In this document: one piece after another, positions 8,902 through 15,601 of the stretch
Numbering within the stretch: the first letter of the stretch is position 1
Layout of the letters: every line of letters begins with the position of its first letter
Assembly: GCA_038279365.1 (NCBI GenBank)
Contig: JAYODI010000067.1
Span: 1 to 20,230, forward strand
DNA: 20,230 nucleotides
Reading direction: 5' to 3'
DNA from: Candidatus Latescibacterota bacterium
Lineage (GTDB): Bacteria > Latescibacterota > UBA2968
The notes under the pieces: generated by a model
Databases searched by the model: none
Seen by the model: only the letters and a program-made list of their open reading frames with translations
What the model was told of the DNA's origin: nothing
Program-made: the position numbers and the translations under genes

Positions 8902-10305
8902 CTATGCATTAGCAAAACCGTTCCAAAACGTCTTACCCCACTCACTCTTTTCATCATCCCAATCATCGCGCCACTGAAACAAAATTGCACGCATTTTTTC
9001 AAGCGTCTCTGCCTGGGCATCATCACCTGCCAAATTGTGCAACTCAAAAGGATCGTTTTGCAAATCGAACAACTGCGTTGTCCGTCGGCCATCCACCACA
9101 TATTCGATCAACTTAAACCGATCATCTTTCACCATGCGTTGATACTGTCGATAGGCAGAAAACAACGTATCTCGCACATGATTGTTGGCATCATGTAATG
9201 CAGATACCAAACTCTTACCTTCAACAGTCTTTGGTATATCCACACCGACCAAATCGCACAGCGTTGGAAAAATGTCTAACAAATAGACATACGCATCTCG
9301 GTGCTCTCCTTTGGGCACACCCTTACCAGAAAAAACAAGGGGCACGCGCACGCTGTGTTCATACATATTCTGCTTGCCAAACAAACCATGTTGCCCAAGT
9401 GCCAACCCATTGTCACCTGCAAAAACCACAATTGTATTGTCGGCTTTTCCTGTGGCGTCAAGCGCTGCCAATACCCGTCCCATCTGTGCGTCCAAATGGG
9501 TCACCATGGCATAATATTCGGCCAAATGCCGTTTCACGTCGTGTGGGTCGCGGGGAAAATCTGCCAATACCTCATCGCGCACTTTCAGATCACCATTGTC
9601 AAATGGATGCCCCCCCATAAAGTTGGCAGGTAACGCGATTTTTTCGGGATCATAGATATCCAAAAATTCTTGTGGCATCGTGCGGGGGTCATGAGGTGCC
9701 ATAAAAGACAGGTACATCATAAAAGGATCATCCGAGTCATATTCCTCAAGATAATCGATTGCAGCTTCAGCAAACAATTCGCTTGAATGTTTACCCGCCG
9801 TCACATGATCACCACGTCGAACTTTGAGTTCATTAGATCGAAATGCGTCAGGGCATTGTGGCAAACGCCCTTCATATTTGCCCAATGGGTCATAATCAAA
9901 TGCCGGAACATTCCAATGATCATCCATTCCACCAAAGAAAATTTCTGCACCATTTGAAAAACTACGGGCATAAGACGCTGGGCCATTGTGCCACTTGCCC
10001 GTTCCCCAAGTTTGATATCCTTGTGCCTGAAAATGCTCCCCCATTAACACATGTTCATCGGGGATGTTTTGCCCAGCACCCTCCAAATGAAACAACGTAC
10101 GCCCCGTATGCAACATGGCCCGACTCGGCATACAAATCGCCCCCGACGTGCCGCCCGGAATATGTGCATGCGTAAAGGTTGTACCTTCGGCCACCAAACG
10201 ATCCATTGTGGGCGTTTGAATTTCGGCATTGCCCAAGGCATGAATGGTATCAAAACGTTGATCATCCGTAAAAAAGAACAGAATATTGGGTTTGCCATTG
10301 CTCAT
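8902..10305 (-). CDS. Formylglycine-dependent (Cys-type) sulfatase, probably cytoplasmic
   Basis: KPNILFFFTDDQR, CMPSRAMLHTG (CxPxR), GKWH, APHDP, GDNG, GKQNMYEHSVRVP, LFDLQNDPFE; GGAAGGA SD; no signal peptide. Confidence 0.95.
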   Translation of the reverse strand: MSNGKPNILFFFTDDQRFDTIHALGNAEIQTPTMDRLVAEGTTFTHAHIPGGTSGAICMPSRAMLHTGRTLFHLEGAGQNIPDEHVLMGEHFQAQGYQTWGTGKWHNGPASYARSFSNGAEIFFGGMDDHWNVPAFDYDPLGKYEGRLPQCPDAFRSNELKVRRGDHVTAGKHSSELFAEAAIDYLEEYDSDDPFMMYLSFMAPHDPRTMPQEFLDIYDPEKIALPANFMGGHPFDNGDLKVRDEVLADFPRDPHDVKRHLAEYYAMVTHLDAQMGRVLAALDATGKADNTIVVFAGDNGLALGQHGLFGKQNMYEHSVRVPLVFSGKGVPKGEHRDAYVYLLDIFPTLCDLVGVDIPKTVEGKSLVSALHDANNHVRDTLFSAYRQYQRMVKDDRFKLIEYVVDGRRTTQLFDLQNDPFELHNLAGDDAQAETLEKMRAILFQWRDDWDDEKSEWGKTFWNGFANA

Positions 10306-10525
10306 AACAAATATCCTTCCCCAGTCTCATACGTTGTGTATAGATAACAACGGTCCAAGGTATATTTTGAGGCCTGCTTATATCAAACGGAATCCACCCT
10401 CAGATAACGGCAATTAACTTCTATCTCAAATGAAAGTCAAGCCGATCGAAAGCCCCTGCCTTTGCACTTTCAAATTGGGCGCCAAGACCCTATATTACCC
10501 ACTCATCCCAATGAGGAGACGATCA

Positions 10526-11632
10526 TTGAACCACATAATATACCTGACCATTGCGCTCATATCTCTTTATCCTACAATTGGATACGCGCAGAGCAACATT
10601 CTAAGAAAGGAACGCAATATGAAATATCATATGTATGTCGCCGTTTTTGGCGACCAAAAAATTCTGCGCTATGATCTCAACCCCGAAACCGGTGCCCTCA
10701 CGCCCGTTGGCGAAGTTGATGTCGATGGGGGGGTAGGCCCTCTCTGTACTGATCCCCAACAACAATATTTGTATGCCGGATTGCGCTCCACCCAAAAAGT
10801 ATCGAGTTTTGCCATTGATCAAACAAATGGCGCCCTTGAACTCATCAACACCGTAGACTTTGATTCTGACCCCTGTTATCTCAGCACAGACCGAACGGGT
10901 CGCTATCTTTTTTCTTCTTTTTATGGTGCAGGTGTGGCTGCAGTAAATGCACTCGACAGCACCGGAGCCGTAACAGCCCCACACCGACAATGGATCACCA
11001 CCAAAGGCCATGCCCACTGCATTCACCCCGACCGCACCAACCAATATGTGTTTGTGCCACACACCATGCCCGCAAATGTCATTTACCAATTTACATTTGA
11101 CGAAACCACCGGTGACCTAACGGCCAACAACACCCCCACAATCAAACCACCACGCGGCGAAGGCCCCCGTCACTACGAATTTCATCCCACGCTTAATGTG
11201 GTATATACCTCCAATGAAAATGGCAACAGCGTAACGGTCTATGATCACGACATCAAAACAGGAACACTCTCACGTCGTCAAAACCTCTCAACATTACCCG
11301 AAGATTTTGACGGCAAGAGCACCTGTGCACAAATACATATCCATCCTAAGGGTAAGTTTTTATACATCACAAATCGCGGGCACGACAGCATTGCACGCTT
11401 TGGTGTCAAAGCCGATGGTTCACTCGAAGCCTTGGGACAAACCCCCACAGAGCCCATACCACGCGTCTTTAACATCGATCCTACAGGCAACTTCTTATTT
11501 GCCGCAGGTCAAGGTTCCAACAAAATGGAAGGTTTTCGAATCAACCCTGAAACAGGTGATCTCAAATCGCTCAAGATCTACGACATTGGCAAACAACCTA
11601 TGTGGATCATGATTTTGAAATTGGGCAAATAA
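10526..11632 (+). CDS. 6-phosphogluconolactonase / cycloisomerase-2 family 7-bladed beta-propeller lactonase
   Basis: PCYLSTD, HAHCIHPD, GPRH, NRGHDSI and PRVFNIDPTG are Pgl/YbhE-family motifs. Start is uncertain: TTG 10526 (GAGGAG SD, gives a signal-peptide-like N-terminus), ATG 10511, or ATG 10619 (AAGGA SD). Confidence 0.88.
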   Translation: MNHIIYLTIALISLYPTIGYAQSNILRKERNMKYHMYVAVFGDQKILRYDLNPETGALTPVGEVDVDGGVGPLCTDPQQQYLYAGLRSTQKVSSFAIDQTNGALELINTVDFDSDPCYLSTDRTGRYLFSSFYGAGVAAVNALDSTGAVTAPHRQWITTKGHAHCIHPDRTNQYVFVPHTMPANVIYQFTFDETTGDLTANNTPTIKPPRGEGPRHYEFHPTLNVVYTSNENGNSVTVYDHDIKTGTLSRRQNLSTLPEDFDGKSTCAQIHIHPKGKFLYITNRGHDSIARFGVKADGSLEALGQTPTEPIPRVFNIDPTGNFLFAAGQGSNKMEGFRINPETGDLKSLKIYDIGKQPMWIMILKLGK

Positions 11633-11655
11633 CCCCAACCTACCAAGATGTATTT

Positions 11656-11688
11656 AAAAAGGCGATCTCTTATGAGATCGCCTTTTTT
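11656..11688 (+). terminator. Rho-independent terminator (bidirectional-type) after the lactonase gene
   Basis: AAAAAGGCGATCTC-TTAT-GAGATCGCCTTTTTT: perfect stem with a T-tract, 23 nt after the stop codon. Confidence 0.9.
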
Positions 11689-11711
11689 GTTCGTAACAAA
11701 TGAGAAAACCA

Positions 11712-11823
11712 TGATGAATTTTTCTACAGCGAGGCGTTGAATTTTTCCACACCCACCAACTGCCTAAACAGATTATAAACAACCAGTTAAAAAAACATCT
11801 CAAAAGTGTTGAATAATACAACA
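11712..11823 (+). promoter_or_regulatory. Three 17-bp upstream activator (enhancer-binding protein) sites
   Basis: TGATGAATTTTTCTACA (11712-11728), CGTTGAATTTTTCCACA (11735-11751) and TGTTGAATAATACAACA (11807-11823): a shared near-palindromic TGT-N11-ACA pattern about 100-210 bp upstream of a sigma-54 promoter. Confidence 0.7.
11777..11789 (+). promoter_or_regulatory. IHF-like binding site
   Basis: AAACAACCAGTTA, one mismatch to WATCAANNNNTTR, between activator sites 2 and 3. Confidence 0.4.
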
Positions 11824-11869
11824 TTTCCCACAACCAATCGCCTCCCCATCAAAAATCCAAGCAAATTAA

Positions 11870-11882
11870 AAACAAACACTTA
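11870..11882 (+). promoter_or_regulatory. IHF-like binding site
   Basis: AAACAAACACTTA, one mismatch to WATCAANNNNTTR, with an A-rich 5' flank, between the activator sites and the -24 box, which is the usual IHF position. Confidence 0.5.
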
Positions 11883-11896
11883 AGCAAAAAAAACCA

Positions 11897-11913
11897 TTGG
11901 CATACACCTTGCC
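11897..11913 (+). promoter_or_regulatory. Sigma-54 (-24/-12) promoter
   Basis: TTGGCATACACCTTGCC: GG (11899-11900) and GC (11911-11912) separated by exactly 10 nt, close to YTGGCACGNNNNTTGCW; 48 nt before the ATG of an operon that encodes a GAFTGA activator. Confidence 0.88.
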
Positions 11914-11961
11914 ATACCATCAAGCAACCCACACCCTTCATTTTAACAGGAGGAAAAGTTC

Positions 11962-12624
11962 ATGGTTGCCATATTTGTCGTACTCACCATTCTCGTTTGT
12001 GTGTCCATTGACGCACTTGTACAAAGAAAACAAATACCACAAACAGAGAATCAAGTCATCAGTAATCTCATGCCCGAACAAGCACGATTGTATTCTGGAC
12101 ACACCTGGGCAACAATTGCCGCGCCCAATCAAGTAGATATTGGCATAGACGAATTTGTCAGCCAAGCCTTAGGCCCCATTGATCGCTTGATCGTTCGGCC
12201 AGCGGGTACTCAGCTCTTACAGGGAGAACCTATGTTAGAAATAGAGCGAGGCAGTCGCAGCTTGCAAGTGCAGGCCCCCATAAGTGGCATCATAAAAAAA
12301 AGCAATTCTCAATTTTGGAATCAACAAAGATTTTTACCCGAAAACCACCCGAACTCGGAAAATTGGATTTATACCATTCACCCCACAAACCTCCTGACCG
12401 AATGGCCCAACCTGCTCACCGGGCAAGTGGCACGTCAGTGGTTGGAAGCTGAATGGCAACGCTTGGCGCAATGGTTAACCAACGGTCACACATTGCGCAC
12501 GGAATACGCCTTGCAAGATGGTGGATTGCCCGTACCGGGTATCTTACAACACCTCGATCATCAGGAATGGCAAGCCTTTCAAAAAATATTTCTGAACACC
12601 TCGAAGGGAGGCGATCTCACATGA
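11962..12624 (+). CDS. Membrane-anchored glycine-cleavage-H-like protein (no lipoyl lysine), copy 1
   Basis: N-terminal TM helix, then YSGHTWA...IGIDEF...LG, G..L.QGEP, APISG and NWIY, which are GcvH-fold landmarks; C-terminal LQDGG extension; AGGAGG SD. Confidence 0.8.
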   Translation: MVAIFVVLTILVCVSIDALVQRKQIPQTENQVISNLMPEQARLYSGHTWATIAAPNQVDIGIDEFVSQALGPIDRLIVRPAGTQLLQGEPMLEIERGSRSLQVQAPISGIIKKSNSQFWNQQRFLPENHPNSENWIYTIHPTNLLTEWPNLLTGQVARQWLEAEWQRLAQWLTNGHTLRTEYALQDGGLPVPGILQHLDHQEWQAFQKIFLNTSKGGDLT

Positions 12625-13370
12625 CCACAGTAGGCATGTTAATTGACCTCACCCGATGCAAAGGGTGCAATGCCTGTGTGTATGCCTGTAAAGAACAAAA
12701 CAACTTGCCAGCAGACAATCCAAACCAATTGGGTGCACACACGTGGGTGGCCGTTCAACAAAAAGAAAACACATATGTGAGAAAACAATGCATGCACTGC
12801 ATAGACCCAGCCTGTGTCTCTGTGTGCCCCGTGGCAGCCCTACAAAAACAAAAAAATGGCCCTGTCACTTATGACGAAGACCGCTGCATGGGCTGTCGAT
12901 ATTGCATGATGGCCTGCCCGTTTCAAATTCCCAAATACGAATGGGCCCAAACCCAGCCCCGTGTGCAAAAATGCATTTTATGCGCAGAAAAAAGGCTCAA
13001 ACAAAACAAACAACCTGCTTGCACAGAAATTTGTCCCACGCAGGCAGCCATATTTGGAGATCGCGAAAAACTCATCCTCGAAGCCCAAACGCGCATCCGC
13101 AATCATCCCAAACGCTATGTCAATCATATTTATGGATTACAAGAAGTGGGGGGCACATCGGTATTGTATCTCTCGGCAGTCCCTTTTGCACAGTTGGGTT
13201 TTCCCACAGGCGTTGAAACAGAACCCTATCCGCGCCTTACTTGGAAAGTATTGTCACAGATACCCAATGTACTGGCAGTAGGTGGCACACTGATGTTGGG
13301 GCTGTGGTGGATCAGTAACCGCCGAGAAAAAGTGGCACGTGAAGAATCCACCCAAAATAAGGAGGTATAA
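12621..13370 (+). CDS. HybA/NrfC/DmsB-family 4x[4Fe-4S] protein with a C-terminal membrane anchor
   Basis: CKGCNACVYAC, CMHCIDPACVSVCP, CMGCRYCMMACP, CILC...PACTEICP (16 Cys); HIYGLQEVGGTSVLYLS as in HybA/FdnH; C-terminal TM helix. Start at ATG 12621 (GGGAGG SD, ATGA overlap), 249 aa. Confidence 0.92.
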   Translation: MTTVGMLIDLTRCKGCNACVYACKEQNNLPADNPNQLGAHTWVAVQQKENTYVRKQCMHCIDPACVSVCPVAALQKQKNGPVTYDEDRCMGCRYCMMACPFQIPKYEWAQTQPRVQKCILCAEKRLKQNKQPACTEICPTQAAIFGDREKLILEAQTRIRNHPKRYVNHIYGLQEVGGTSVLYLSAVPFAQLGFPTGVETEPYPRLTWKVLSQIPNVLAVGGTLMLGLWWISNRREKVAREESTQNKEV

Positions 13371-13371
13371 C

Positions 13372-14913
13372 GTGAAACGGCGTTTTACATTTTGGCAAAC
13401 AATTGGCATCCTCCTGATGCTCTTCGGTCTATGGGCTACCTTTATTCGTATAACAAAAGGTTTGGGAGCCATGACCAACCTATCCGATGCCGTTCCTTGG
13501 GGCATTTGGATTGGGTTTGATGTCTTGGTTGGTGTCGGTTTGGCAGCTGGTGGTTTCACCATTACAGCAGTTGTACATATTTTTGGGCTCGAGCGATTCA
13601 AACCCATCGTGAGACCCACCATTCTCACCGCATTTTTGGGCTACCTCTTGGTCATCGTAGGGCTCTTATTTGATCTGGGACGTCCCTTTCGCATTTGGCA
13701 TCCCATCATTATGTGGAACCCACACTCGGTCATGTTTGAAGTTGCCTGGTGTGTCACACTCTATACCACGGTTTTAATGCTCGAGTTTAGTCCCATTGTT
13801 TTAGAAAAATTCAACCTGCAAAAACCACTCAAAATTGTGCGTGCCATTACCGTGCCCACCGTCATTTTAGGCGTCCTGCTCTCCACCCTTCACCAATCTT
13901 CATTGGGCACCCTCTACATTATTATGCCCGATAAACTTTATGGTCTTTGGTACACACCTTTTTTACCCGTTCTCTTTTTTGTAAGTGCCATTGCCGGTGG
14001 ATTGAGCATGGTCATTGTCGAATCGGGTCTAAGTGCTCGCGTATTTGGTAGACACCTCGAAAACGATTTACTCACAGACATGAGTCGTGTCATTGTTGCG
14101 GTACTCACGCTCTATTTGGTGATCAAATTGCAAGATATGGCCAGTCGAAATGCCCTTCCTCTTCTCCTGATCGCAACCCCCGAATCCTTTTTGTTTTGGG
14201 TTGAAGTTGGTTTTGGCGCCATTTTGCCCCTTATCTTACTTGCCATTCCCCCCATTCGCCAAGATCCTTCAGCACGTTTTTATGCCGCCCTTCTCGTCGT
14301 TTTGGGATTTGTGCTCAACCGCCTCAACATTGCCACAACAGGTATGCAACGCGGCCTTCAAGCAAACTATTTTCCATCGCCTTACGAATTGGCAATTACG
14401 GGCATGCTCCTTGTGCTGGGTTTTGTCGCCTTTTCATTGGCCGTAAAGTACCTACCTATTTTTCCCCAACAAGAATCGCATCTCTCACCAGCACTTTCTC
14501 ACCCGACGCCCCATTGGGTTTCTGTTGCCACGCGCGGCGCATTAATGGGGTTGGCAGCCGTTTTGTTGGGAGGTGTCTTCTTTATTGACTTTGGCGTTCC
14601 GATTATGGCATCAGAAACCAAACCTATGCCTCGCATCGTGGCAAATGACACACCCATTCGCCTGCCCCAAGCCATCACCTTGCCCAGAAGCCCTGACAGC
14701 CCAGGTCCAGTCACGTTTCGACATACCACGCATGTCGATCAAAACACACCAGCGTGTGGTAATTGTCATGCAAATACCTATTCCTTGTTTATACGCACCA
14801 CCCAGTCATTGGGTGAAACCATGCATTCGCCTCACTATTGTGGACAATGTCACAATGGAGAAAAAGCTTTTAACTGGGAAGACAACTGCGAATCTTGTCA
14901 TGTAGAACCCTAA
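13372..14913 (+). CDS. HybB/NrfD-family integral membrane subunit fused to a C-terminal c7-type triheme cytochrome c
   Basis: TNLSDAVPWGIWIGFDV, LAAGGF, DLGRP, SVMFEVAWC, STLHQSSLG and NRLN are HybB/HmcC-type motifs; the tail GPVTFRHTTH...CGNCH...M...CGQCHNGEKAF...CESCH has three CxxCH. Start at GTG 13372 after TAAGGAGG; 513 aa. Confidence 0.92.
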   Translation: MKRRFTFWQTIGILLMLFGLWATFIRITKGLGAMTNLSDAVPWGIWIGFDVLVGVGLAAGGFTITAVVHIFGLERFKPIVRPTILTAFLGYLLVIVGLLFDLGRPFRIWHPIIMWNPHSVMFEVAWCVTLYTTVLMLEFSPIVLEKFNLQKPLKIVRAITVPTVILGVLLSTLHQSSLGTLYIIMPDKLYGLWYTPFLPVLFFVSAIAGGLSMVIVESGLSARVFGRHLENDLLTDMSRVIVAVLTLYLVIKLQDMASRNALPLLLIATPESFLFWVEVGFGAILPLILLAIPPIRQDPSARFYAALLVVLGFVLNRLNIATTGMQRGLQANYFPSPYELAITGMLLVLGFVAFSLAVKYLPIFPQQESHLSPALSHPTPHWVSVATRGALMGLAAVLLGGVFFIDFGVPIMASETKPMPRIVANDTPIRLPQAITLPRSPDSPGPVTFRHTTHVDQNTPACGNCHANTYSLFIRTTQSLGETMHSPHYCGQCHNGEKAFNWEDNCESCHVEP

Positions 14914-14968
14914 AGAAATCATGCATATCTCACATTTGTGAGGTAATGTTATTCATAGAGGCAGTCCT

Positions 14969-15601
14969 ATGGTCGTCTTATTGGTAGCACTCACATTTGT
15001 CATCTGTTTTTTGATAGACAGATTGGCAAATCAAAAACCCAACATCCCCCATTCCATATGGATCCAACCCGACCAAGCCTTTCAAAAAACGCTTGGTGTA
15101 GAATATAGAGTAGATGGCTATCGCATAAGATCAAACGTTTATTTTCATACCGGACACATGTGGGTCAAACCAGAGGGGCCACATAGGGCGCGCATTGGTT
15201 TAGATGACTTTGCTTGTCAACTCAACGCACCCATCCATACCATCACCCGAACACACGAACATCAACTCAGGCAAGGTGCGCCATGCCTGCGCATTCATAC
15301 ACACGCACACACCATAGACCTTCTTGCACCTATTGGCGGTAAAATTATTGCCACCAATGAAACCGTCTTCCAAAACCCGAACCAAATGACAACAGACCCA
15401 TTTGGAGCCTGGTTATTTGTTGTTGAAAACAAACACCTCCCCACAGAACAAAACAATCTCATACAAGGTGAGTGGGTTTTTGTTTGGGTCAAACAAGAGG
15501 CGGCCCAATTAAGACAGAGCTACCGAATGGGCCTACATATAAACGATGCGTTTCTCAATACATTCTTTGGGCATGAGGCGGCATCATGTTCTGGTCATTA
15601 A
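14969..15601 (+). CDS. Membrane-anchored glycine-cleavage-H-like protein (no lipoyl lysine), copy 2
   Basis: N-terminal TM helix; YFHTGHMWV...ARIGLDDFA, LRQGAP, APIGGKIIATN and NPNQMTTDPFGAWLF are GcvH-fold landmarks; GAGG SD. Confidence 0.8.
   Translation: MVVLLVALTFVICFLIDRLANQKPNIPHSIWIQPDQAFQKTLGVEYRVDGYRIRSNVYFHTGHMWVKPEGPHRARIGLDDFACQLNAPIHTITRTHEHQLRQGAPCLRIHTHAHTIDLLAPIGGKIIATNETVFQNPNQMTTDPFGAWLFVVENKHLPTEQNNLIQGEWVFVWVKQEAAQLRQSYRMGLHINDAFLNTFFGHEAASCSGH

Noticed and set aside
11897-12136. 79-aa ORF as a leader peptide
   Set aside because: Its TTG start is part of the sigma-54 -24 box, upstream of the predicted transcription start, and it overlaps the GcvH-like gene out of frame.
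12453-12620. 56-residue N-terminal extension of the Fe-S protein in the ORF track as an export signal
   Set aside because: It overlaps the upstream gene, has no hydrophobic core after an RR pair, and a strong SD with ATGA coupling supports the start at 12621.
12621-14913. Calling these genes hybA/hybB of a hydrogenase-2 operon
   Set aside because: No NiFe small or large subunit or maturation genes in the operon, HybA lacks the Tat leader and HybB carries a cytochrome fusion; homology alone does not justify the symbols.
14929-14942. CTCACATTTGTGAG inverted repeat between the NrfD gene and the second GcvH-like gene
   Set aside because: Short stem with no T-tract; too weak to call a terminator or operator.
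11962-15601. Glycine cleavage system (gcvH) or LbpA/sHdr sulfur oxidation locus
   Set aside because: The lipoyl lysine is absent in both copies, both have TM anchors, and there are no gcvT/P, lipoate ligase or hdr genes.
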